Shown in pieces: positions 53,027 to 62,083 of a stretch of DNA of 64,000 bases. Numbering within the stretch: position 1 is the stretch's first letter; each line of letters begins with the position of its first letter. This stretch comes from Deltaproteobacteria bacterium (lineage in GTDB: Bacteria; Myxococcota; Kuafuiibacteriia; Kuafuiibacteriales; Kuafuiibacteriaceae): positions 224,001 through 288,000 of the forward strand of contig JAVJQW010000062.1 of the NCBI GenBank assembly GCA_040218735.1. The letters run 5' to 3'. The notes under the pieces are model-generated. The model was not told the DNA's origin. It ran no database searches and saw nothing but the letters and a program-made list of their open reading frames with translations. The position numbers were made by a program, and so were the translations under genes.

Positions 53027-55471
53027 ATGACGGGCATCGAAGGCCCGCGAGACGTTCGCCGAGGCCCCAGCGGGATCGCCGACGTCTCCGAACCCGCTCC
53101 GGTCGGGGTGCGCGAGGACCGCGCCGACGCCGAGATCCCGCTGGCACCCACGACGCGCTACATCGCCGCGTCGAGCCCCGAAGCGACGGACCTCGGGTGG
53201 ATCGAGGATTGGGCGGCGCGCAGCGGGCAGATCACCGACGCGGAGCTCACCGCGCTCCGCGGCCTGGTCCTGGAGCTGAGCAAACAAGAGCTGCAGGCGC
53301 TCCGTCCCCGTATCCAGAAGCGCGTCGGTCGCGAGCGCCTCGACGCGCTCAAGGGGACCGGCGTGCTGCACGGGACCGCGACCGTCGACAAGGTCATGCA
53401 GATGATCGGCGGACCCGGGCGCCTCGGCCGCCTCCCCGCGCGGCTCAAGACCTCCATCCGCACGGCGCGCGAGCAGAACATCCACGCGCTGATGCAGCGA
53501 GCGGCCCTCCGGCTCGTGAACGGCAACGACGGCCTGTTCCGCACCGTGAACCTTGGCGACCCCACCCACCCCGAGGGCTTCCCGATCGAGATCCGCGGGG
53601 AGCGCGTCGACAGCGTCGCGCAGCGCTACGCCCTGCTCGACGGCGTGGCCCGTCTGGTGCGCGTCGGTTTCTCCGAAGAAGAGATCCGGGCGCTCGCCGA
53701 CGACGCGGTCACAACCGCCGTCCCGGCCGACGCCTCGCCCGCGCAGCGGGCCCAGCTCGGCGTCAACGCGATCCTGGACCGTGGTCAGGAGGCCTACGCG
53801 AAGCGCGCCCGGAAGTTCGAAGACATCCCGGCCCCCACCGCGATGACCGCAGCGCAGCGCGAGCAGATCGCGGAGCGCCTGTCGCAGGCGCGTTGGCTCG
53901 AGTCGAAGGTGCTCGCGGCGTTCGAGGACAGCCCCGTGCGACCGCTCGGCGACTACACCGAGGACCTCACCGCGCTGTTCGACCACGCGACGTTCGAGGA
54001 CGTCGCCGAGTCGCTCGACGCGAGGTTCGAGACGGTGCTGACCTTCGGCGTCGAGCGCGGCCTGCGGATCGACTTCGTCCCGAAGCTCGACACCGTGAAG
54101 TTCGAGCGCATCGCCGCCGAGCGCGGCGGCCCGGTGCGTGACGTCAGCGACCAGCGCCTCCCGGACGACCACGCCGTCCGCTTCCAGCTCGACGATCTCC
54201 GCCGACGCCTCGACGCCGGCGATCGCTCGGCGGTCGGCGTCGCATACTGCACGCAGACCTTCCCGATGGAGATCCTCGAGCGCGCGGCGGCCGGCGAGGT
54301 GCACGTCGTCGGCTACGACGGCTCCCACACCAACGGCGTCGACTACATCCGGAGCCGCCACGGCGTCACCGACGACGGCGCACGCCTCGGCGCCCGAGTG
54401 ATGGGGCTGCAGGGCGTGTACGGATCGTTTTCGCGTTCACTCGTCACGCTCGACGACGGGCAGCAGTTCCTCCTCGTCACCGGGTACGGCGTGTCGCGGC
54501 AGCTGAACAACGTCGCGACGCTGCTGCTCTACGAGGACGACGAGGGACGGCGCCTCCCGGCGAGCCAGATCAGCCTCGCGACCGATCACTCGGACCTCAC
54601 CGCCACGCTGCGCGCCGACATCCAGCTCGCGATCCACACCGACTGGGACCAGCGCGAAGGGCGCCCCGACCAGATGCCGACGCGGCTGATGATCCTGCAG
54701 AACCCACCGCACCTCGAGCAGCTGTTGCAAGACAACTTGCGATGGGGCGCGACCCCGGACAATCCGATGCTTCCGTTCTTCGTCGCGTACCGAACGCACG
54801 AGGACGGAACCGAGGAGCGCATCATCGTCCCGAAGGTCGGCGGCGGCGGTGTCTACGGCGACACCGCCGGGCACTTCATCGAGGCCTTCTTCACCAGCGG
54901 GTTCGACAACCTCGTGGACGACGTCCTCTTCAACGGTGCCGCCGGCGGCTTCGCGGGCACCCGCGAGGACGGCGCGTTCGTCGACGAAGACCGGCGAGGC
55001 CTCCCGCACGTCGAACCGGGCGGGCTGATCGAGCCGACCTACGCCGTCGAGCAGTACGGCGACGGCCGCGGGCCCATCACCATCCCCGGGATGCTCCCGG
55101 CGGACGTCGCCGAGTGGCCGGAAGAGCTCGTCGACGCCGCGAAGGACGCCCACGTCTCCTTCACCGGCCGCCACGTCGCGGTCATGGCGCCGGCCATCGA
55201 GACGTTCGGCATGATCCACGACCTCGTTGGGCGTGGCTTCGCTTCCGTCGACGTCGAGGCGGGCGCGGTCATGGACACCTGCCGCCGTCTCGGCAAGACC
55301 GCCACCGTGGTCTACACCCACTCCGACGACCCGCGCGCCTCGGAGCTCGAGCCGACGACGGCGCTGGGCATGGTGGCCCCCTTCTTCGAGGGCTCACACT
55401 ACGACGACAAGTTGTTCGGGTTCTTGAAGGCGCTGTGGGACCACAGCCACGCGAAGCGAGCGGCGAAGTAG
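53027..55471 (+). CDS. Large protein with C-terminal purine/uridine nucleoside-phosphorylase-fold domain
   Basis: VLFNGAAGG, PGGLIEP, GRHVAVMAPAIET, GFASVDVEAG, HSDDP. Confidence 0.65.
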   Translation: MTGIEGPRDVRRGPSGIADVSEPAPVGVREDRADAEIPLAPTTRYIAASSPEATDLGWIEDWAARSGQITDAELTALRGLVLELSKQELQALRPRIQKRVGRERLDALKGTGVLHGTATVDKVMQMIGGPGRLGRLPARLKTSIRTAREQNIHALMQRAALRLVNGNDGLFRTVNLGDPTHPEGFPIEIRGERVDSVAQRYALLDGVARLVRVGFSEEEIRALADDAVTTAVPADASPAQRAQLGVNAILDRGQEAYAKRARKFEDIPAPTAMTAAQREQIAERLSQARWLESKVLAAFEDSPVRPLGDYTEDLTALFDHATFEDVAESLDARFETVLTFGVERGLRIDFVPKLDTVKFERIAAERGGPVRDVSDQRLPDDHAVRFQLDDLRRRLDAGDRSAVGVAYCTQTFPMEILERAAAGEVHVVGYDGSHTNGVDYIRSRHGVTDDGARLGARVMGLQGVYGSFSRSLVTLDDGQQFLLVTGYGVSRQLNNVATLLLYEDDEGRRLPASQISLATDHSDLTATLRADIQLAIHTDWDQREGRPDQMPTRLMILQNPPHLEQLLQDNLRWGATPDNPMLPFFVAYRTHEDGTEERIIVPKVGGGGVYGDTAGHFIEAFFTSGFDNLVDDVLFNGAAGGFAGTREDGAFVDEDRRGLPHVEPGGLIEPTYAVEQYGDGRGPITIPGMLPADVAEWPEELVDAAKDAHVSFTGRHVAVMAPAIETFGMIHDLVGRGFASVDVEAGAVMDTCRRLGKTATVVYTHSDDPRASELEPTTALGMVAPFFEGSHYDDKLFGFLKALWDHSHAKRAAK

Positions 55472-56431
55472 CTACTCCGCGGCCTCTTCTTCCGTCGCGT
55501 TCGGGTCCTTGCCCGCGATCTCTTCCTCGGTCGCCTCGATGACGTCGGCGTCCCAGCTCTCGCCTTCCTTGAGCTGCCAGCTCGGCGGGATCGGGAGCTT
55601 CTCCCACATCAACATCGCGTCGTAGTTCCCGCCGCCCTTCTTGGCCGTGTACGAGTACTCGATGTCGACGCTCTTCGCCTCGCGCGGCATCGTCGGGAAC
55701 CAGATGTAGCCAGGCGAGACGTACGCCGGGAACTCCGCGATGTACTTGTGCGGGTTCTGGATGATGATGCGCGGGGTCGCGTCACCCTCGGCGCGGCCGA
55801 GCACCTTCTCGACCTCTTCTTCGACCTTCTTGCGGCCCTTCTTCACCTCTTCGGTGGTGACCGTCCAGTAGCGCATCCCTAGCTGGCCCCACGAGACGCG
55901 AGTGCTGTCCTCGATGCCCCAGAAGAAGAACTTGCCCTCGAGGATCGGGTTGCCCTCGTCGTCGCGCGTCCGCTTCATCTCGTAGATGTCGAGGCGCGTG
56001 TCGCCCTCCCCGCGCATCGTGAGGACGGGCTGCCACTTGGCGTCCATCAGCGTGTCGTAGGCGCCCTTCACGATGTCGTAGCCCTCGAGCATCGACTTGC
56101 GCTGGGCCTCCTTGATGAGCCCCTCCTTGAAGTTCGCCTCGACGTCGGCCTTGTACTGCTCGGCGTTCCGCCACTCCGGCTTCTCGTCGTAGACCGACTT
56201 CTTCAGCTCGCTCTCGTACGCGCCGATCGCCGCGTGGACGCCACGCACGTACGCGCCGTCGTCCTCTTCCTTGGCGGCCGCGCGCGCCTTGTCGGCGAAC
56301 GAGCGACGGGCGTCCGCGAGGCGCTCCTCGATGCGGACCCGCGCCTCCTCGTTGCTCTTCTGGACCCAGAGCCAGCCGCCGCCGACGACCAAGATCCCGA
56401 AGATGATGACGATACTGAAGAATCGCTGCAT
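55472..56431 (-). CDS. Hypothetical membrane-anchored protein
   Basis: N-terminal TM, strong coding bias. Confidence 0.75.
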   Translation of the reverse strand: MQRFFSIVIIFGILVVGGGWLWVQKSNEEARVRIEERLADARRSFADKARAAAKEEDDGAYVRGVHAAIGAYESELKKSVYDEKPEWRNAEQYKADVEANFKEGLIKEAQRKSMLEGYDIVKGAYDTLMDAKWQPVLTMRGEGDTRLDIYEMKRTRDDEGNPILEGKFFFWGIEDSTRVSWGQLGMRYWTVTTEEVKKGRKKVEEEVEKVLGRAEGDATPRIIIQNPHKYIAEFPAYVSPGYIWFPTMPREAKSVDIEYSYTAKKGGGNYDAMLMWEKLPIPPSWQLKEGESWDADVIEATEEEIAGKDPNATEEEAAE

Positions 56432-56495
56432 GGCTGGTCCCCCGTATTACAGTTTGGGCGAGGGGCGCAATCCATTACCTCGCGGCGCTCGGTCA

Positions 56496-57158
56496 TCAGT
56501 CCGACCGCCACAGCGGCTCGAACAGGTCGATCGTCCACCGGCTGAAGACAACTTCCGCGCGCGACGTCACTTTCGACTTGTCCGAAAACCGCCAGGCCCG
56601 GCAGCCCGCGTCGAGCGCCCCCTCCACGTCCACGTCCTCGCGATCCCCCACGTGGACAATCGACGCGAGCGGTGCGCCGGTGGCCTCCGCCACCGCCTCG
56701 AACGCACGGCGGCTCGGCTTCAGCACCCCCAGCCGATCCGCGCCGATCCGCGCCCGCCAGGGCAGATGATCCAGCCCCAGGTACGCGAGTTTGTCGTCCG
56801 GCGCGTAGTCGGAGAGCACCGCGAGCTGCACCCCCTTCGCAGCCGCCGCCTCCAGCGCCCCCGCCACGCCCGGGTAAGGGCGCACGCGGCTCGTCAGCGC
56901 CTCGGGCATCGCCTCGCGCAGCTCGTCGAGCCGCTCGGCGCACGCGTCGACGGTCATGTTGAACGACGGCGCGATGAGCTCCGCCTCGCGGCGCTCGAGC
57001 GCCTGCGGCGAGTCGAAGGGCCCCTCATGGCGGATCTTCTCCCGCGCCGCGACGAGCGCGACGAGGAGGCCACGTTCCCACCGCAGCCGCCACGCGACGC
57101 GCAGCCGGCGGACGCGGTACAGCGTCCCGTCGACGTCGAGCGACAGCACGGTGGTCAT
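56496..57158 (-). CDS. HAD-family hydrolase
   Basis: LDVDGTLY, VLSD, LKP, HVGDREDVD. Confidence 0.9.
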   Translation of the reverse strand: MTTVLSLDVDGTLYRVRRLRVAWRLRWERGLLVALVAAREKIRHEGPFDSPQALERREAELIAPSFNMTVDACAERLDELREAMPEALTSRVRPYPGVAGALEAAAAKGVQLAVLSDYAPDDKLAYLGLDHLPWRARIGADRLGVLKPSRRAFEAVAEATGAPLASIVHVGDREDVDVEGALDAGCRAWRFSDKSKVTSRAEVVFSRWTIDLFEPLWRSD

Positions 57159-58843
57159 TCATCGGCTCCGTAGCGCGCGACGACGCCGAGGCCCTTGACG
57201 AAGCCGACGTCCTTCGCGAGGTGCGGCGGCTTCACGTGGCTGTCGGGCGCCCCGTCCGAGACCCGGCGCCGCCGCTCACGGTCGTACGCGCCGGGCTCCA
57301 CGACCCACAGCTCGGGTGCGCCGAGGCGCTGCGAGCTGCGCTTCGCGGCGTACTCCATGTTCACGTCGGACAGCGCCGCTTCGAACGCGGCGAGGTATCT
57401 TCGCGCCGCGCCTTCATCGAGCGCCGCGCGCGGCTCCACCGCGAACACGTAACGCGGGGGCTCGGTCAGCCGGCACGCGACGGTGAACCCGGCCGCGGCG
57501 ACCCCCGTCTCGGCTTCCGCGCGCGCGGCGGCGTCGACGACGTGTCGCTCGCCGATCTTCTCGCCGGTGATGCTGAGCATGTTGCCGCCCTTGTGCACGA
57601 AGGCGACCTCGGCGGTGTTCTCGAAGTGGCCGACACACTCCACGACGTCGTTGATGTCGTAGCGATACAAGCCGTGCGACCCGGTGATCAGGACGCGGTA
57701 GCGCTGCCCGAGCTCGAGCCCGTCGGCGAGCACCGGATCACCGCCGGCCTCGGGGACGAACTCGAGGAAGTGCCCGAGCACCGAGACCACCCCGCCCTTC
57801 GACTGGGGCGACAGCGGGATCGAGAAGCCGCCCTCGGTCGCGAGGAAGCCGTAGTCGAGCGCTTCGCGCCCCGGGTAGTAGCGCTCGAGCTGCGGCGTGT
57901 AGAACGGCGCGCTGCCGCCCTTCCAGCAGCACAGCCCGCACAGCTCGGGCCACAGATCGGTCGCGACGACGTAGCCGTGTTTGGCCTTCGAAGCCTCCAG
58001 GCGTCGCGCGGCGTCGGGGCGCTTGCGGAGCGCCATCGCGAGCGGCTTCTTCGTCGCGTCGGGGAGCGCGTCGAGCCCGCGCATCGTCCCGTCGTACAGA
58101 TCCTTGGCGAGCGCCTCCGCGTCCTCGTCCAGCTTCTTCGCGAAGAGCACGAGCGTCGAAGGGTTGATCGCCGCCGCGAGCGACACGCGCTCCTGCGCGG
58201 CGAACCGGAGGATCGCGTAGTACTTGAGATCGAAGTCGTCGATCGCAAACGCCGCGCGCGGGGTCGCATCGAGCGGGTTCCCGGTGAGCGCCTGCTCCAC
58301 CGCGCCGGGTTTCGTCGTGAGGCCGACGGTGACGGAGCCGTACGGCGTGCCCTTCGGCGTCGTCCCCTCGACGCGCGGCGAGTGCATGGTGAGGATCCGC
58401 CCGCGCACGAGCCCCGGGAACGCCTGCACGACCTGTCGCGCCCACACCCGCCGCGGGAGCCGATACTCCGCGACGTACACCGGCGTGACCGGGATGTACT
58501 TCGGCGTCCCGGTGGTGCCGCTCGAGCGCCCGAAGAAGAACGGCTCATCGGGGATGAGGACGTTCGACTCCCCCTCGACCATCCGCGACAGGTACGGCTC
58601 GAAGTCGTCGTACGTACGAACGGGGACCGCGCGTTGGAAGTCCTCGACGGTGCGAATCGATCCGAAGTCGTGCTCGCGCCCGATCGCCGTGTCCTTCGCG
58701 CGGTGCACGAGCGCGAGGAGGCGCGACGTCTGCGCGGCGCGGGGATCCTGCGTCGCCTCCACGAAGCGACGCCACGACCCGGAGAACAACAGCCGCGCGC
58801 CCGCGCGGATGGCGTCGTCGGGGAGCAGTCCGATCCCCTTCAA
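57155..58843 (-). CDS. GH3 family acyl-acid amido synthetase-like protein
   Basis: VPVRTYDDFEPY, SSGTTGTPKYIP, ATEG, FLEFVP, GLYRYDINDVV, TGEKI, NMEYAAKR. Confidence 0.9.
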   Translation of the reverse strand: MKGIGLLPDDAIRAGARLLFSGSWRRFVEATQDPRAAQTSRLLALVHRAKDTAIGREHDFGSIRTVEDFQRAVPVRTYDDFEPYLSRMVEGESNVLIPDEPFFFGRSSGTTGTPKYIPVTPVYVAEYRLPRRVWARQVVQAFPGLVRGRILTMHSPRVEGTTPKGTPYGSVTVGLTTKPGAVEQALTGNPLDATPRAAFAIDDFDLKYYAILRFAAQERVSLAAAINPSTLVLFAKKLDEDAEALAKDLYDGTMRGLDALPDATKKPLAMALRKRPDAARRLEASKAKHGYVVATDLWPELCGLCCWKGGSAPFYTPQLERYYPGREALDYGFLATEGGFSIPLSPQSKGGVVSVLGHFLEFVPEAGGDPVLADGLELGQRYRVLITGSHGLYRYDINDVVECVGHFENTAEVAFVHKGGNMLSITGEKIGERHVVDAAARAEAETGVAAAGFTVACRLTEPPRYVFAVEPRAALDEGAARRYLAAFEAALSDVNMEYAAKRSSQRLGAPELWVVEPGAYDRERRRRVSDGAPDSHVKPPHLAKDVGFVKGLGVVARYGADE

Positions 58844-58863
58844 CGCGATGGTCGCGAGCCCGC

Positions 58864-59787
58864 TCAGGGCTCGACCTTCACGAGCCGCGCGGCGGCGTGC
58901 TCGGGGGCGACGGGGTTGAACGGCAACAGCTCGTCGAGCGCCGCGCGCGCCGTGACGATCGGCCGCACCGCGAAGTGCCAGTGGAAGTGTTTGGCGTCAG
59001 CGCCCGCGTCCGGCGGCGCGGTGCGCAGCACATAACGATACGCCGGGCCGTCGAGGGCGGTCGTCAGCCGCGACAGCGTACGCGCCAGGAGCCCGGCGGC
59101 GTCTTCGAGGTCCGCGTCCGACGCGGCGAGGAAGCTCGGGTGATGGCCCTTCGGTGCGATGAGGATCTCGAACGGATTTGCGGAGGCCCACGGGCAGAGC
59201 GCGACGTGCCGCAGCCCGTCCTCGACGATGCGCACCTTCTCGTTTCGCTCGAAACGAATCATGTCGCACAACACACACGCCCCGGTCTTCCGGTGGTGCC
59301 CGAAGAACGCGGTGAGGATCTGCCGCGCCGCGTCCGGCACGAACGGGAGCGCGAACACCTCCGAAGTCGCCCCTTCGGTCGTCGCCCCCGCGGCGGCGCC
59401 GTGCGCCTTGGTCACGCCGAAGAACCGCGTGCGGTTGTCGTCGGCGAGCTCGAGCATTCGGTCGCGATACAGCCGCAGCGTCGCCGCGACGGTCGCGTGG
59501 TCGAGCGACTCCAGCGGCGCGTCGACGCTCTCCACGATCTGCTCGTGACGCCCGGCGGAGGTCGCCGCGGTGTACAGGCCGTCCGCGAGCCGCGTGCGGT
59601 CCACGGGTGACTTCCGATCCAACACCGGGTCGGGCGCGTAGTCGTGACTCGGCGCCTCATCGACGGTCACCTTCGCGAGCGGCACGGCCGCCGACGTCAC
59701 GACGATCTCCCGCTCGGGGGCTTCGGCGGTAGCGACGAGGATCCAGCGCCCGGTCAGCGGATCCCGTCGGGCCTCGGTGCTGGACAT
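58864..59787 (-). CDS. GalT/ADP-glucose phosphorylase-like protein lacking the catalytic HxH motif
   Basis: RRDPLTGRWIL, GRHEQIVES, CVLCD, PWASANPFE, FHWH, NPVAPE; HPHSQ replaced by GATSE. Confidence 0.8.
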   Translation of the reverse strand: MSSTEARRDPLTGRWILVATAEAPEREIVVTSAAVPLAKVTVDEAPSHDYAPDPVLDRKSPVDRTRLADGLYTAATSAGRHEQIVESVDAPLESLDHATVAATLRLYRDRMLELADDNRTRFFGVTKAHGAAAGATTEGATSEVFALPFVPDAARQILTAFFGHHRKTGACVLCDMIRFERNEKVRIVEDGLRHVALCPWASANPFEILIAPKGHHPSFLAASDADLEDAAGLLARTLSRLTTALDGPAYRYVLRTAPPDAGADAKHFHWHFAVRPIVTARAALDELLPFNPVAPEHAAARLVKVEP

Positions 59788-59820
59788 CGCGCGCGAGACT
59801 CGGTCGAGGGCAGGTCGAGG

Positions 59821-61824
59821 TCAACGGGCCGGACGCGAGGTGAGCACCACCGAGAACTCGCGGTGGGCCCCGGGCGCGAGATCGAGATCGAAGGCGAGCA
59901 CCTCGACACGCCCGAGGAGCGTGGGGTGCAGGCCATCCTCCCGCCGGGTCGTCGCTTCGAGCGCGTACGTGTGGCGACGCTCGGCGTCGGCTTCGAGGGC
60001 GACCTCGACGCCGGACTCCGCGTCGACGACCGCGGTGACGTCGGCGCCCGCCGGCCCGACGAACGTGGTCGGGACCTCCACGACGAACGCGCCTTCGAGC
60101 GCGCCCTCGCCCGTGTTCGTGACGCGGTAGTCCACCGAGAGCCGCGCCTGCTCCATGTCGAGCGCGACGGTCTTCTTCACCGCGAGCGGTAGCCGCGCGG
60201 CGTCGGCCGCGAGGTCGAGCCGCACGGTGACGACGTCGTCGGAGTCCTCACCCGCGACGTCGAGTGATTCGATCGCGTAGTCCACGTCCGGGAGCCCGGA
60301 GCGGTCGTGGGCCTCCGCGTCCGCGAGGACGTCGGGTTCGGGGTGACGCGGCAGCACCCGGTCCACGAACAACGCGCGTGGGCGCACGTCGACCGGCCCG
60401 CTACGATACGGCTCGGCGTGTCGCGCGACGACGTCCGCGATCGCGAGGCCCGAGAGTTTGTCGTCGCAGTCGACAACGGTCCCGCCCCCGTGGGGACGCA
60501 CGACGACATGTAAATACCGGCTCTCGAGCACGACCTCTTCGCGGCCGTCGAGATCCAGGTCCTCTTCCTCGTACGCGACGTAGTCGTCCTCGCCCTGCTG
60601 GAGGGCGTCGAGGATCCGCTCCGCTTCGAGCAAGGCGGCATGCGCGCCGCGCCTGAGGTGCGCGGTGTAGATCCCGCCGAACAACCCGTGCCAGTAAACA
60701 CACGCGCTCTGGCCTCGGTACAGCGCGCGTTGCGCAGTCCCGAGGTGATCGCCGACCTCGTCGCTCAGGCCACCGCCTTCGCTCGCGTCGATCGCGACCT
60801 CCATCTCGCTCTGCATGCGATCCGAAACGCGGAGCATCTTCTTGTGGAGACGATCCGCCTCCGGGTACTTCGCGAGGAACGCACCGAAGTTGCGGCCCTG
60901 CACCCGCGGCGTCGCGACGTCCGCGAGCTGCCGCTCCTCGAGCGTCAACGTGGTGCGCTCGCGCTCCCGACTCGCGGCGGCGGGGAGCGCCCAGGTCATC
61001 AGCTCGTCGTAGGCGCCCTGCGCGAGGTACACGCGGCCCCGCGGTGGCGTGGACTCGAGGAGCTCGGTCGGGAGCTTGGTCTCGACGCGCCCCTGCGCCT
61101 GCGCTTCGTCGAGCGCCGCGAGGAACCGTTCGAGCCAGCCCTGCTCGAACACCCAGCGGTGGGTGTCCGGCCACAGCCCGAGCTTCTCGGCGTCGTCGGC
61201 GTAGACGACCGCGCCGTCGCCGGGGCTCTCGACGATCGTGCGGAGGACGTCGTCCGGTGCATTGAATGGAATCGCGTAGCGGAGGCTTCGGTGAATCGGG
61301 AACAGCGACACCGGCGCACCGGCACGCTCGGTGACGAAGTGCCCGCCGACCTCCTCCGCGGACAGCCCCGCGTCGAGGAAGTGCCGATCGTCGACGAAGG
61401 TGTACGCGAGCTTCTGGTTGAAGAGCAGGCGCGGGAGCTCCGGCTCCCAGACGCGCTCGGTCAGCCACGCGCCGCGCGGGCGCGCGCCGAGGTAGCGCTC
61501 GCAGAACATCCCCATCATCGCGAGCTGGCCGGTGGCGTCCGACTCGGGGATCTGGGTGAGGACCGGCTCGTAGAAACCGCCACCGAGCAGCTCGGCGCGC
61601 GGCGTGCTCACGAGGGCGCGGATCTGTTCCATGAAGTCCGGCGCGTGGGTCTTCAACCACTCCAGGAGCGCCCCCGAGTAGTGGAGCGTCACGCGGACTT
61701 CGGGGTGCGCTTCGAGCGCTTCGAGGAGCGGCCGGTAGCAGTCCGTCAGCGCGCGATCCATCACGTGTCGCAGGTTGTGCGGCGGTTGGTGGTGATGGAG
61801 GACGAAGACAAACGGGCGCGCCAT
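59821..61824 (-). CDS. GH57 alpha-amylase/4-alpha-glucanotransferase
   Basis: HHHQP, GGGFYEPVL, GAWLTERVWEP, DDAEKLG, YWHGLFGGIY. Confidence 0.92.
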   Translation of the reverse strand: MARPFVFVLHHHQPPHNLRHVMDRALTDCYRPLLEALEAHPEVRVTLHYSGALLEWLKTHAPDFMEQIRALVSTPRAELLGGGFYEPVLTQIPESDATGQLAMMGMFCERYLGARPRGAWLTERVWEPELPRLLFNQKLAYTFVDDRHFLDAGLSAEEVGGHFVTERAGAPVSLFPIHRSLRYAIPFNAPDDVLRTIVESPGDGAVVYADDAEKLGLWPDTHRWVFEQGWLERFLAALDEAQAQGRVETKLPTELLESTPPRGRVYLAQGAYDELMTWALPAAASRERERTTLTLEERQLADVATPRVQGRNFGAFLAKYPEADRLHKKMLRVSDRMQSEMEVAIDASEGGGLSDEVGDHLGTAQRALYRGQSACVYWHGLFGGIYTAHLRRGAHAALLEAERILDALQQGEDDYVAYEEEDLDLDGREEVVLESRYLHVVVRPHGGGTVVDCDDKLSGLAIADVVARHAEPYRSGPVDVRPRALFVDRVLPRHPEPDVLADAEAHDRSGLPDVDYAIESLDVAGEDSDDVVTVRLDLAADAARLPLAVKKTVALDMEQARLSVDYRVTNTGEGALEGAFVVEVPTTFVGPAGADVTAVVDAESGVEVALEADAERRHTYALEATTRREDGLHPTLLGRVEVLAFDLDLAPGAHREFSVVLTSRPAR

Positions 61825-61904
61825 GGCCGGGCGGGAATCTACCAGGTGGCCGACGAAAAAGACGCTCGGTCACGTCACAGCGGCCGGGCGCGGTCCACCT
61901 AGAC

Positions 61905-62076
61905 AATAGGGGCTGGCGAGCCCCTAACGAGTGCCTCTGAAAGCCGGGGGGCCATTGGCCCCTCACTTTCGTATCGATTGCGAGAACGTTTCGAGGGCCC
62001 CCAACCCTCGTCCCTTTTCATCATCAACCCTTTGTCCCCGCTACCCTTACCCCTTGGGGGTAGCGGGGGCCCTTTG
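61905..62076 (+). ncRNA. Candidate structured small RNA (several hairpins, C-rich loops); strand uncertain
   Basis: Hairpins at 61907-61926, 61939-61970, 61992-62010 (loop CCCCCAA) and 62036-62068 followed by ccttt; composition differs from the flanking genes. Confidence 0.5.
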
Positions 62077-62083
62077 ATCACAC

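Noticed and set aside
61956-61970. Sigma54 promoter for the candidate sRNA (TGGCCCCTCACTTTC)
   Set aside because: The -12 GC dinucleotide is missing (TC); too weak to call
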